From assembly GCA_964016885.1 (NCBI GenBank), contig OZ024740.1, positions 217,434,001 to 217,498,000 on the forward strand: a stretch of 64,000 nt of DNA, written 5' to 3'. The notes under the pieces were generated by a model. That model saw nothing but the letters and a program-made list of their open reading frames with translations, made no database searches and was not told where the DNA came from. Origin of the DNA: Eledone cirrhosa (Eukaryota). A program made the translations under genes and the position numbers. Shown piece after piece: positions 12,668-32,756 of the stretch. Position 1 is the stretch's first letter. Each line of letters begins with the position of its first letter.

Positions 12668-13650
12668 GATTAATCTACCAAGAATTTACGGTAGTGTCCA
12701 ATCCGTATGAAGAACTCAATGTATTCCGGATATCATGGAAAGAAGAAATGTAATGAAAAATCACTTTCGGTGAAAGATAAACGGTATACAGAGTCAAGAT
12801 AAAATATTAAACAAATAATGAATAAACAATTCCTTATATTAAACAAAAAAAGTTCATTATTTAACGATCGTTTCTAGGATATATATGTGTTAGAGTTGGC
12901 ATGCATATTCAACAGATCTATGTACAAAATTATACAAAATTATACAAACTATCAAGATTAAATATACATACCAACACATATATACGCCGTCTTCAGAAAT
13001 AATGAAATATATTTATTGATAATAACAACAATTCAAACTTTCAGGTCCGTTTGGGAACAAAATTGACCAATGAAAATACAAAAGGTTTAATGCCGTTCGG
13101 TGTGTGTATATACATGTAATAACCCTTACACATATTTTACAAAAATGTATGCACAACCTGTATACTCATACAAAAAGGATGGATGCAAATACAAAATTTC
13201 AAGGTTAATGTCTCTGTAAGTTTATAATGCACAGATAAGATGCGTATAGATACATAAATATGAAATAAGTGTATACACATATTTTCATACTAACACATAT
13301 CCGTACAATCACACATACACGCGCGTATATGCATAAACATACACATAAACTACAAACATACAAACACACACACACACCACCACTCACATATATATATGTG
13401 GATATAAAATCCTAAGCACATGGATATTAATTCACTCACATAAACACTGGCACACACATTTAGATAAAGATACAGAAATTAGGTGGGAGGGGGGGGGGGA
13501 GAGGTCAGTATTCAACGGTTTGGGCTGCCTGCTTAATATAGATGTATCTATAAACTAAGAAAATAAAAAATAATAATAAATAATAAATAAACATTAAAAA
13601 GGAAAGAAAAGAAAAAGAAAAAAGAAAAAAGAAAAAAGAAATATATCAAG

Positions 13651-13689
<39 letters not shown>

Positions 13690-13899
13690 ACATATATATA
13701 TTTATATATATATACATACATATATACACACATACACATACATACACGCACACACACACATATACATATACACATGCACATATACAAACACATACATACA
13801 TATACACACATCCACACATAGAACATAACATACACACACATATATAAACATATACATATACACACATAGATACAAATACACACATACATATAAATACAC

Positions 13900-13962
<63 letters not shown>

Positions 13963-14495
13963 CACTCATACATACGCATATAATCACACATACTATATAG
14001 ACACACATATATATACACACATACATACACATATACCTACACTTACATACATATATACATACAGATATACACATACATACCTATATATACACACAAATAC
14101 ATACAGACATATATACATACATACAGACAAATACTTACGCATCTATATATCGGTATATACATACAAACACCACTACACTCTCACACAACTCAGACATACA
14201 AAGAAAAAGGTATATACCCATACACATATACATATACAAATAGAGAAACATATACATATATATATATATATATATACACATATATATACATATATATATA
14301 TATATATACATACATATACATATACACATACACACATACACATACAAACACATACATACATGTACACACACATAGATATATATACACACACACATACACA
14401 CATACACATACATATATAGTCATACACACACATACACCTACACGAACATACACATACACATATACAAAGATATATATACACACACACACACACAT

Positions 14496-14580
<85 letters not shown>

Positions 14581-15186
14581 CATACATACACATACATACA
14601 CACATACATAGACATATATGTACATACATACATATACATAGATACATACACATACATACATACATATATATATATACACACATAGACATATACATACATA
14701 CACACACAACATACATACACACATATATACTCATACATAGAATTAGATATATAAACATACATACATACGCACTTACATATACTCATATATACCAATACAA
14801 ACGCATCCATATATGCGTATATACATAGAAACACCACTACACCCTCACCCAACTCAGATATACAAAGAAAAAGGCATATACATATACATATATACACGCA
14901 TTAATAGAGATATATATACACATATATATATATATATATATATATGTGTGTACACACATACACTTATATACATATACCCACACACACATACAACCATAAA
15001 TACACATACAAACACCCACATATATAAATATATATATACACATATATATACACATATATATATATATATACACACACATAAAAAACAGACATGCACACAT
15101 ATATATTTTTTTACACATATATATACATATATATATACATATACACACCCTCACATATGCACATACACATAAGTTATATTATAATA

Positions 15187-15250
<64 letters not shown>

Positions 15251-15321
15251 ATATGTATGTGTATATATGTATGTATATATATCTATGTGTGTTTATATGT
15301 CTATATTCATATGTGTGTGTG

Positions 15322-15371
<50 letters not shown>

Positions 15372-15991
15372 TGTATGTGTATATATATATATATTATTTA
15401 TTATTATAATATAACTTATGTGTATGTGTATATGTGAGGGTGTGTATATGTATATATATGTGTATATATATGTGTAAAAAAATATATATGTGTGCATGTC
15501 TGTTTTTTATGTGTGTGTATATATATATATATATGTGTATATATTTATATATGTGGGTGTTTGTATGTGTATTTATGGTTGTATGTGTGTGTGGGTATAT
15601 GTATATAAGTGTATGTGTGTACACACATATATATATATATATATATATATGTGTATATATATCTCTATTAATGCGTGTATATATGTATATGTATATGCCT
15701 TTTTCTTTGTATATCTGAGTTGGGTGAGGGTGTAGTGGTGTTTCTATGTATATACGCATATATGGATGCGTTTGTATTGGTATATATGAGTATATGTAAG
15801 TGCGTATGTATGTATGTTTATATATCTAATTCTATGTATGAGTATATATGTGTGTATGTATGTTGTGTGTGTATGTATGTATATGTCTATGTGTGTATAT
15901 ATATATATGTATGTATGTATGTGTATGTATCTATGTATATGTATGTATGTACATATATGTCTATGTATGTGTGTATGTATGTGTATGTATG

Positions 15992-16060
<69 letters not shown>

Positions 16061-16299
16061 TTATTTTTTTTATATATATGTGTGTGTGTGTATGTGTGTG
16101 TGTGTGTGTATATATATCTTTGTATATGTGTATGTGTATGTTCGTGTAGGTGTATGTGTGTGTATGACTATATATGTATGTGTATGTGTGTATGTGTGTG
16201 TATATATATCTATGTGTGTGTACATGTATGTATGTGTTTGTATGTGTATGTGTGTATGTGTATATGTATATGTATGTATATATATATATATATGTATAT

Positions 16300-16331
<32 letters not shown>

Positions 16332-16517
16332 GTTTCTCTATTTGTATATGTATATGTGTATGGGTATATACCTTTTTCTTTGTATGTCTGAGTTGTGTGA
16401 GAGTGTAGTGGTGTTTGTATGTATATACCGATATATAGATGCGTAAGTATTTGTCTGTATGTATGTATATATGTCTGTATGTATTTGTGTGTATATATAG
16501 GTATGTATGTGTATATC

Positions 16518-19500
16518 TACACACACTTATGTGATATGGGGGGGGGGGGGGGCGTTCTTTAGCAGACGTTATATGTTACCATCAAAGATTATTTTCTACG
16601 TACGTCTAAAGAAATCAGATGCTTTTATAGATTTATATATGTATGTATTTAACAGACGAAAAAAAAAAACGGTATTTTTAAAAGATATTATTTGAATATA
16701 TTATTTTCCGCTGTTATTTGAATTAACACAGAAAATATTTTTTTTGTAGTGTTTGTCGTTTTCTTTTTGGATACAATCTGAAATCCCAATATTTTCTACA
16801 TATGTCTAAAATAAATTACACCTAATATACATTCATATAAAGAGATCATTTAAAACAACTTTACTGAGTTGTTTCTATTTCGGAAAGAGTGTGGTGTGTA
16901 ATAATATCACTTCAAATGCCTAGAAAACGTTCCAGATCATTATATGGAAGGTCATCTTCAGAGGCTAAGAGAAAGAAAACACAGCGATCTGAAGAAAGTG
17001 AAGAAGTTCAGCATGCCCGTCTAGCTGCTAACAGAGCCCAAACAGCGTTAGCACGAGCACACCATTTGGGAACAAAGGACTGCTGTTACACGAGAACAAC
17101 AAATTAAGGAACAGCAGCAAATCAGACGAAATGCTAATCAAGAACATCGTTTCTACTGCCTGAGCAGGAGAACAAGCCACAAGTAAAATGAACTGGCTGA
17201 TGGGTGCTTTTTCTTATGACCCTCAAAAGGACTACAGCAGTAATCCACAAATCAACATTGGCAAAATGAACAAATGCTGCCAGTATTGTGTTGCCAAGAA
17301 GTGGGCAGCAGAAACACCAAGTCTATGGTGCTCAAAAGGCAAAGTGAGCCTTAAAACAATACAAGAACCTCCTGAATTTCTGAAGAATCTGCTCCTTCAG
17401 GATACACCAGAAGCACGACACTTCAATAAATACATCATAAAATATAATTCTGCCTTTCAAATGACATCTTTTGGGGCTGACAGGAATGTTATTGACTTTA
17501 GATTCTGTACAGTATTACCACTTAATGGGTGGCGTTCTGCCTCTTTTACAGGAGTCTCACAAATTTGTGCAGGTTTACTTCATGGGTGGAAATGAAACAA
17601 AGGCACAACAAAGATGTACCAATACCCATGGTGGATTGCAGTTCTACATAGTCATAATGTTACAAGAAATGCTTCACTAACATCATAAGTACGTCAGTGT
17701 ATTTAAATATGCACTGGAACATATGAACAACATCAGAGATCTTAAAATCATCATTAGGGCAGATAAACACCCAGACTCAGAACATGAACGCAGATTCAAT
17801 GCACCTGTCACTGATGAAGTTGCAATCATAATGGTTGATGAACAGTATGGACGACGTCACATTGTTTTACACAAACAAAGTGGACATTTGGAGCGAATTT
17901 GTGAAACTCATAGAGCCTATGATTCACTCCAATATCCGCTCATCTTTTGGAATGGTCAAGATGGATATCATTTTCGGCTACGGCAGATCAGCCCAGGAAC
18001 GGGACAAGAAGCTGGCCGATCAATCAACTGCAAATAATTCTATGCTTATCATTTCATGGTACGTGATCACTTCAACCAAGTTCTGCGATTCAAAGAAGTA
18101 ACCAGCCAGTTCATGGTGGACATGTATGCCAAAATTGAAACAGAAAGATTGGGTTTTCTGGGAAGGATTCAACTAAGTTGAGGGCAGATAACTACATTCA
18201 CCTTAGAGATGCCATCAATTCTGATGTTGACCCAAGAAATATTGGCCAGCCAGTCATACTAGATCTCTTCATTACATTTACATGCAATTCAAACTGGTCA
18301 GAAATATCAAATGAATTTTTTGAAAATCAAAAACCAAAGGATCGACATAACCTTATTGCTCGGGTTTTCCATGAAAAGCAAAAACAACTCATCCTTCTCC
18401 TAAAAGAAGGAAGAATCTTTGGTGAGCTTAGTGCTTGGATGACCACGTTTGAGTGGCAAAAGAGAGGTCTTCCTCACTCTCACACACTAATCTGGTGCAA
18501 GGAGAAGATAAGACCAGATGATGTTGATAAGATCATTTCAGCAGAGTTTCCTGATAAAGGTGGTGATCCAGAGCTCTTTGAAACCATCAAGTCCAAACTC
18601 ATTCATGGTCTATGTGGAGTCATCAATCCAGCCTCTCCCTGCATGAAAGATAAAAAATGCAGCAGACATTATCCTAGAGCTTTTATTCGGGAAACTCGTC
18701 GTACACAACAAAGTGTTGTGTAAACTTTTAAAAGCTCATATCATATTGCAGCTCCGTCAAGGCAATCCTATATGTCACAAAATTATCAACAAGGGCAGTG
18801 ATATGGCTACCTTTATTACTGACAAAGAACTCAATGATGGTTGGCTGAATGAGGTCAAACGGTATGAAACATGTCGATACATCTCCAGCAATGAAGCTAT
18901 CTGGCGAATCTTTGGATTTGATATCCACAAACGCCACCCAACAGTGGACACCCTCGCAGTCCACCTGGAAAATGGACAGAGAGTGTACTTCACTAAGATC
19001 ACTGCTCATCAGTTGACACAAGCATCACATTACACTACACTAACTGCTTTCTTTAAACTCTGCCAGAATGATGTATTTGTTCGATCCCTCCTATATCCTG
19101 AAGTCCCAACATACTACACCGGGACCAATTGCAAGACCTGGAATCGAAGAAAGCAGGGTCATGAAGTCAAGTCAAGTGATGCTATTGGGCCTGTTTACAA
19201 TGTCCATTCCAACAACAGAGAATGTTTTTATTTACGGCTACTTCTGCATACTGTTCGAGGACCAACGTCATTTGAGGATCTTAGATGCTTCAGAGGAAGG
19301 GAGTGTGCAACATACCAAGAAGCATGTACACAGCATGGACTCCTGCATGACAATGGAAACTGGAAGAAGTGCCTAGAAGAAGCAGCAATCACTCAAGTAG
19401 CCAGCCAAATAAGACAATTATTTGCTATTATGCTCACCGCATGTGGAATTGATGAAGCTCATCTACTCTGGCAGGAGTACAAAAACAATATGTCGGACGA

Positions 19501-21735
19501 CTATCTACACCTAGCCCGAAGACATCATGGCAATATGTATATGGAATATACCCAGGATTTACAATCAAGCTCTCTGTGACGTGTCCCATCGAGTTCAGGC
19601 AATGAATATCACATTAGCTAACTGCGGGATGCCAGAGCCAGATGAAGAAATAGAGGTAGCACAAGACATTTTTCAGGAGACAAACTACAATATTCAAGCA
19701 TTGCGTAAGTTTGTGGATTGATGGGTGATCAGAAATACGCCTACCACAACATCATCGAAAACATTCAAAATGACAGAGGAGGACATTTCTTCATCGATGC
19801 TCCTGCTGGCACAGGTAAGACATTCCTCATAAACCTCCTGCTTGCAAAGGTTCGCTAAAAGCAACATATTGCCCTTGCTGCGGCTTCAAGTGGCATTGCA
19901 GCAACACTTCTGTATGGAGGAAGAACTATCTCTGGCCCCGCTTTCAGCTGCTGAGCCTTACAACCAACATGCGAGTGCACTTAACTGGTGACAAAGGTGT
20001 CAGTGAGTTTGCCATCCAACTACTTAAATTAGGAAATGGACTGCTTGAAAAGGACTCCAATGACCATATTCAGTTGTCATTAGGCCATATCATTGACACA
20101 GAACAAGAACTGATTGCCAGAGTGTTTCCAAACATTCAGACCAGGCAATGTGATCCGAAATGGCTCTGTGAACGAGCAATCTTGGCACCTAAAAATGTTA
20201 CTCTGAAAGAAATCAACAGAAGGCTGCTGGAGATGTTACTGGGAGAGAAAATAAGTTACAAATCAGTTGACACAATCACTTCTCAAGACCATGTTGTAAA
20301 CTATCCAACTGAATTTTTGAACAGTCTTGAACAAGCGGGAATTCCTCCACACAACCTGATACTGAGGCTTGGAGCATCGGTTATGCTACTTCGCAATCTG
20401 GATCCTCCAAAACTTTGTAATGGCACAAGACTCATCATCAAAAATATGATGTCCAATGTTCTAGAAGTTGCAATCATGTCAGGAAAATTTGCTGGTGAAA
20501 ATTGTTTTATTCCAAGAATACCTCTGAAGCCAACTGATTTGCCATTTGAATTTCAAAGACTTCAATTTCCGATCAGGCTCAGTTTTGCCATGACCATTAA
20601 TAAATCTCAAGGGCAATCATTGAAAGTCGTTGGGTTGAATCTGGCAGATCCTGTCTTTTCACATGGTCAACTCTATGTTGGCACAACAAGGGTTGGGAAC
20701 CTTGATTGTCTCTTTATTGTGGCACCACAGGGCAAAACCAAGAATGTTGTTTATCCAGAGGCTTTGGAATGAGCAATGTCGTAATTCCTCATTCAATGAC
20801 AATACACACACATCCTAATTTCTTAGTCATGTAGTTTGCAAGGAATTCTGAAGCCGCAAATTTACTGCATGGTGTTACTTTGAAAGAATGTGCAGGCAGT
20901 CCCGGGTACCTCTGCTATATAAAGTAGTATAAGTAAAGACTTTGTTGGGTAGAAATAGCAGCCAAATTTCCTTCAAATTCCACCTTACTTTCTCAGCTAT
21001 GTATATATGTATGAAGTAAAAAGGAATGGTCCTATGTGATAACTGGATCTACTAGAAATATTAGCAAAATCCATTTCAAATCACAAACAACTGTCTTACA
21101 CTCATCCATGTGTGTGTATGTATCTATGTATGTCGTGTGAGCCACTATACCTGTTGGTATAGCTAATAGAAATAGAAAACAAATCTCCCTCAAACAAGAT
21201 CCTACTGCCATAGAGACTAAGATTGGTGAAAGCTACAGTGTACAAATTTAAATACACTTTCCCCGAATTACAGAAATGTGTAAGTAAATGCTTCATTCAA
21301 TCATAAACCAATGCTAAATTTATTTTCTTATTTTATTTATGGTTTTTAAAATAGTCTTTACATGTTGTTTGAATTTCAGAGGTTCAGATTGAGCAAAAAA
21401 ATAAAAAAAGAAAGAAAGAAAAGGACAAAGAAAAAAAATCTAGATATATTTTTTTGGTCATACTCTGACAACATACCTAATGATTCATCTATGAGTAAAG
21501 CATTATATATGCTGACTGTAATAGGGAGCAGTATTTAAAAAAATCACCACTGGAAAAAACTAATATTTTTATCGAGATGATTTACTTTGACCAAACGACA
21601 ATAAATATTCTGCTATAATTCCTACTTTGGCTAAAATTCAGCAATCATATTTGAATGGTCAAATATTTTGTAATGTGTGCCAAATATACTGTAATTTTCA
21701 TAAAATACCCAGGTATCACCGGGTAGTTCAGCGAG
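16518..21735 (+). mobile_element. Helitron copy 3 (5'-truncated duplicate of copy 2 within the tandem duplication)
   Basis: ORF fragments identical to copy 2 at +10164; same mutated CGAG end. Confidence 0.9.
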
Positions 21736-22028
21736 TATATATATATATAAATATATCATAAAACATGTCTATAGAATCACCAGATAAAATATATACCGTT
21801 TCCTCTCCCAATTAGCATAATTAACCATAAAAAAAATCGATTAGACCAAGCTATAAGAATAAAGGCTTCTATGAAGAAATCTTCGACAAATAACCGAAAG
21901 CAGCCCTTTGCGGCAGTTGCGACGGAGTATTTATCGAGTTTTTCGACAGTGTGTGTAAATCGACCAGATAAACAATCAACCAAACATAATTAGGTGTAAA
22001 ATAAACTAGGAGAAAAGTGAACATATTT

Positions 22029-22114
22029 AGTTACCTCTACCATGGTTTCGTCCGCATTTTAAGATATCCGATAACATCGGACATCTCGAGCACCGGACTC
22101 TTCAGGAGTTAGCT
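22029..22114 (-). ncRNA. Type-I hammerhead ribozyme (duplicate of 11865-11950)
   Basis: Same sequence at +10164. Confidence 0.78.
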
Positions 22115-22333
22115 CAAATTTAGACAATTAATTTTCCAAAGTGATCGCGCCAAGAATATATTCAAAAATGGCTAAGAATCGTGACGTAGCAGCGGTCAGG
22201 TTAGAAAGAATGTGATTAGTTGCTTACGGGTGGTGGCTTTTTGCTAGAAAGCGCAGCCCAATACAGCCAATATTGTATCTCAACCTAACGGGATTTTATT
22301 ATATATAAAGGTTTACATATATATATATATATA

Positions 22334-22441
<108 letters not shown>

Positions 22442-22731
22442 GCAACGGGTCACTTTGTGGCTCAATAAAGAATTAATAAATTACATAATCAGAGCTATAT
22501 ATCATAAAACATGTCTATAGAATCACCAGATAAAATATATACCGTTTTCACTCCCAATTACCAAAATAAACCATATAAAAAATCGATTAGACCAAGCTAT
22601 AAGAATAAAGGGTTCTATGAAGAAATCTCCGACAAATAATCGAAAGCAGCCTATATATGTATATATATGTATTTATATATTAAAAAATAAGTTGACAGTT
22701 ACAATCTTTACTTAATTCTTAATTGTGTTGT

Positions 22732-22831
<100 letters not shown>

Positions 22832-22962
22832 GATTAATCTACCAAGAATTTACGGTAGTGTCCAATCCGTATGAAGAACTCAATGTATTCCGGATATCAT
22901 GGAAAGAAGAAATGTAATGAAAAATCACTTTCGGTGAAAGATAAACGGTATACAGAGTCAAG

Positions 22963-28021
<5,059 letters not shown>

Positions 28022-28563
28022 TGTGTGTGTAAGTATGCATCTACACAAACGCGCGCGCATATACACACATACATATATAGAAAGATATTTGTCCTCTGTT
28101 ATATGTAGCTATTAAGTGTTTGAGGTCCACCTCTTGACTGCAGAAGTTGAAATTTAAATTCAGATATTTTGGGCGAGATTTCAATGTGTCATGGAAAAAT
28201 ATTTTAGGGAAAATCTACAAGAATTGTATTGAAACCTGATTGAAGAAATTACCATTAATTCATTAACATTTTCACTAACAAAGTATACATTGTCTAATCT
28301 TATGTTATAAATTGTTTACAAATCACTGTTTGTAAACACATTGATTGACATGTGCAGGAAATTACTTTCAAATATAAATAACTTGGGAATTTGTTTCCCA
28401 AGCTATTGTAATATGTCACTGGTAAAGGTGGCACCCACATCTTCAAGGATATTTCGGGGTAAATGCTGGTTTCTTCAATGTAAAAATAAATTCAAAAGAA
28501 GTGAAAGTGAATAAATTAATGTTGTTTAATTAATTAATTCAGTTGATCACGTTGAACAGGGAT

Positions 28564-28570
28564 TATATAA
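28564..28570 (+). promoter_or_regulatory. Putative TATA box of the Cys-rich gene
   Basis: TATATAAG about 105 bp upstream of an ATG in strong Kozak context (ACCACCATG). Confidence 0.55.
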
Positions 28571-28671
28571 AGCGTTCGTCTTAGACATTTGTTAAACCTG
28601 TCCTTGTTTCGATAAAATAAAGATAACGACCATCACAATTCTACAACAGGAAGATAAACCAACTGACCACC

Positions 28672-29292
28672 ATGTTGTACGAAATTCTAGTAGTATTTGC
28701 AGCATTTTCATTCGTAAACTGCTACACCAACTGTAAGTAAATCATATTACTATATTTTGTATATTTCTTGGTTTCTTTCTTCATATTATTATGATCTCTG
28801 AGTTACACACTCTATCGAGCAACGTTACTCCAGCCGACTGATTTTACACCTGCCAGTCGTGATACCATTTACAAAACGGCTACACATGTCAATCTTGTTC
28901 ATAAAAGTAATGAACAGGAGAGTAGGCAGTATGCACCCTCGGCGGAATCCTTCTCTCTCATTTAATGGTATCGATTTAGCACCATTTGTCCGAAAATAAA
29001 TTCCCCTTTATATTCGTATAGAGACATCAGAGAAGCAAGAAGCTGACAATCGATCCCATACTCCTGTAGAACCTTCTACAGCAGGTTTCGACTAAAATGC
29101 TGTTTTTCAAAATATATTTTGAAATAATTCTAGTCTACATTAATGTAATCTGGACGACAACAGAAACAAGTGAACAAAATCTCTTCTGTTGGAGACTGTT
29201 TTATGGAATCAGAAGAAGATGGTAAAAAAATAATCATATTCTATTCTAAAGAAGGGAGTCTTTAACACTGTCTCTGCTCTTAATCAAGTGTA

Positions 29293-29368
<76 letters not shown>

Positions 29369-32300
29369 CGTTTGGAAGTGATACGTGCACGTACACTGTT
29401 TTCCGATAGATGTGTTAATACAAAGATATTGTAATAGATTCAGGTGTCCATATGTCTGTCACATTTGTTGTAATTTACTAATGTAAGAAAATATTTTGAA
29501 CTAGAAAAGGTATTGCACTCAATATATAATAAGTTTTATTTAATATAAGTTTAAAACTCATTATCTTGTGAAACGACATAATATTTTTGAGGGCCCTGAT
29601 TAGGACAAGAAAAAAACATTAGATATTTTAAAGAAAAGAGTTAAACATTTACATCGTTAAGTAGTATATGTAATTGTTATAGATACAATAAAATAATACA
29701 ACATTTTATGAACAAACAGAAATAATTATGATTGAAATCTAATTATCTTGCGAAACCCCAAAATGTTTTGAAGGACCTCACTGTGGAAAATACAGCATTA
29801 AATATTTGAAATTGTTTACATTAATGCCAAGAATGCATTGATATCGTTAATTATTTTTATATCTAATTGTTATAGATTCTATACAAATAGAAAAATCAAT
29901 GACTTATATTAAAGCTATATATTGAGATGATAATGTTATTCTTTTTACAGATGAATGTACCCATAATGGAAGAAGGTATGAAGGTGCATTTAGCATCGAC
30001 TGTAACACGTGTGTGTGTCTAGAAAGTGGACGAGCGCAGTGTTCAAATAAGATATGTGACTATGGACAACGATCAACATGTTGGTATGAAGGTAGACGTT
30101 ACACAGTAGGACAGACAATCCAACAGTCATGTAATACATGTGTATGCAGAGCCAATGGTCAAATGGATTGTACAAAGAATACATGTCAGTGTACATATAA
30201 AGGACAAAATTACAATATTGGCCAGAGGTTTAATGAGGATTGCAACCAATGTGAATGTTTATCTAGTGGTATTGTACGGTGTTCTAACAAACAATGTCAA
30301 TGTTTTGCCAATGGAAGAACATATCCAGTGGGGGCTACCTTTCAAAGGGAATGTAACACTTGCAAGTGTGACATTAACGGCAGAATAGTGTGTTCTGACA
30401 ACATATGTAAATGTTTTGAAAATGGAAGATCTTACCCCATTGGTGCTACATTTAGCAAGGATTGCAATACATGCACATGTCAACAACATGGACAGGTCCG
30501 ATGTACAAATAACCCGTGTCAATGTACACATAAAGGACAGGTTTATCAAGTTCGTCAAAGATTTAATGATGATTGCAACCAATGTGAATGTTTATCTAGC
30601 GGTACAGTGCAGTGTTCTAACAAGGCATGTCAATGTTTTGAAAATGGAAGATCTTACCCCATTGGTGCTACATTTAGCAAGGACTGCAATACATGCACAT
30701 GTCAAATAGATGGTCGTATACAGTGTACAAGCAACCCATGTACTTGCACCTATAACAATATGGCTTATAATTTCGGACAACAATTCAGGAAAGGTTGTAA
30801 CACCTGCACTTGTCAACAAAATGGACAGGTCCAATGTACAAATAAACCATGTCAATGTACACATAAAGGACAGGTTTATCAAGTTCGTCAAAGATTTAAT
30901 GATGATTGCAACCAATGTGAATGTTTATCTAGTGGTATAGTGCAGTGCTCTAACAAGCCATGTCAATGTTTTGAAAATGGAAGATCTTACCCCATTGGTG
31001 CTACATTTAGCAAGGACTGCAATACATGCACATGTCAACAAAATGGACAGTTCCAATGTACAAATAACCCCTGTCAATGTACACATAAAGGACAGGTTTA
31101 TCAAATTCGTCAAAGATTTAACGAGGATTGCAACCAATGTGAATGTTTATCTAGTGGTACAGTGCAGTGTTCTAACAAACCATGTAAATGTTTTGAAAAT
31201 GGAAGATCTTACCCCATCGGTGCTACATTTAGCAAAGACTGCAATACATGCACATGTCAAATAGATGGTCGTATACAGTGTACAAACAACCCATGTACTT
31301 GCACCTACAACAATATGGTCTATAATTTCGGCCAACAAATCAGGAACGGTTGTAATACCTGCACTTGTCAACAAAATGGACAGGTCCAATGTACAAATTA
31401 CCCTTGTCAATGTACATACAACGGTAAACGTTATGATGTTGGTTCTATATTCTACAATGATTGCAACAAATGTCAGTGCCATGATGAAGGAAGAGTCCAA
31501 TGTGAACAGAAAATATGCTCCAAACCATGCGTATTCAACGGAAAAACCTATTCTGTAGGAGAATCGTTTAAAAATGACTGCAATACATGTACATGTGGAC
31601 AGTTTGGTCAAGTAGGATGTACTAAAATGTACTGTCCTAAAACATGCCAATACAACGGAAAAATCTACACAGCTGACCAAATATTCAAGGCTCAAGATAA
31701 TTGCAATACATGTCGATGTTCAGCTGGGTTGGTGAAGTGTACCAACTTAATATGTGGTCAAGTGAGTATGGTTTTTATTACTCTTTTATTGTCTCAAATA
31801 TTTACAATTCTATCTTTCCTCTTATGTAATTTGTAGTCCTTTAGACACATTACATAAAGATATCATTACAATTTCCCTGTGTAATTACTGCTGTGATATA
31901 AGAAACAGAGGAACATCATCATTAGCATAGCTACCATTTAGTGAATGTTTGTTAGAGTATGACAGAGGTGATGGCATTCATTCATTGCTCACTTGTGACC
32001 GATTAGATTAATTTTAATAATCTTTCACATAAATTGCTGCAAGTTGATGCCGGTAGGTATGACGGGAACATGGAGAAAATTCGAGAAGGCGGAAAATCTC
32101 TGTAGTAAAGGTAACGTGTAGAGGGTTTCTGTGGATCCTGGTGGGCAGACACATTATGAGTGATAAGAAATGGAGATACGATTGAGTTGGAATTGTCTGA
32201 GTGGAGGTGACATGAAACCAACGATCTTAGAAACTCTACACCATTGTAGTAGCAGTAGGAAGGTTAATGAAATAAGTCGTTACGACAGTGATTAAGAGAC

Positions 32301-32707
32301 TGGGGTGTGGCCTTATCCAATTAGTCAAGAACATTTATCTGGATGTAGAACATCATATCTCCAGTCGTATGTCAAATAGATGGCAATGTTATAGTCACTT
32401 TTATATAACTATGAAATATATATTCTCTTTCAAAGAAATGCTTCAGTAGGAATGTTATTGGACTTACCAACATTCTGGTTAAAGGTTCAAACGTTCACTG
32501 CTGTTTCGTTTAATTTCCAACTAAGGGAGTTAATTCAACGTAACTTCGTTCCTTTATTTATCGCTAATATATATGTATATCGATATGTTAAGGAATTTTA
32601 CCTATATCTAAATTGTTATATTTTGTAAGTTATTTATTTGATATTGTTTCAATATCAATAGTAATACAATATAAAACTTTATTTCATTACAGACTGGATA
32701 CTACTAA
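28672..32707 (+). CDS. Secreted cysteine-rich protein with 16 tandem pacifastin/VWC-like 6-Cys modules. Exons 28672-28732, 29951-31761, 32693-32707; ~628 aa
   Basis: Exon 1 encodes signal peptide MLYEILVVFAAFSFVNC and ends at a phase-1 donor t|GTAAGT. Acceptor ctttttacAG at 29950 gives in-frame Y-ECTHNG into the 30013-31836 ORF. Donor caa|GTGAGT at 31762; acceptor tttcattacAG then ACT GGA TAC TAC TAA. Phases sum to 1887 nt. Module: C-x16-C-N-x-C-x-C-x7-C-x4-C. Confidence 0.85.
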
Positions 32708-32756
32708 AGAACACAACAGGCTGCTTTCTGATTCGGGATAATTATGTTTCTGAATA

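Noticed and set aside
13200-16520. Dozens of I/Y/C/V/M- or H/T-rich ORFs (also 23370-28110 and 51600-51990)
   Set aside because: Translations of TA/TG/CA dinucleotide repeats, which lack stop codons; not genes.
31762-31836. Hydrophobic C-terminal tail of the 607-aa ORF as a transmembrane or GPI signal
   Set aside because: It begins at a consensus donor (GTGAGT) and is T-rich intron read-through; a phase-compatible last exon exists at 32693. Intron retention is not excluded.
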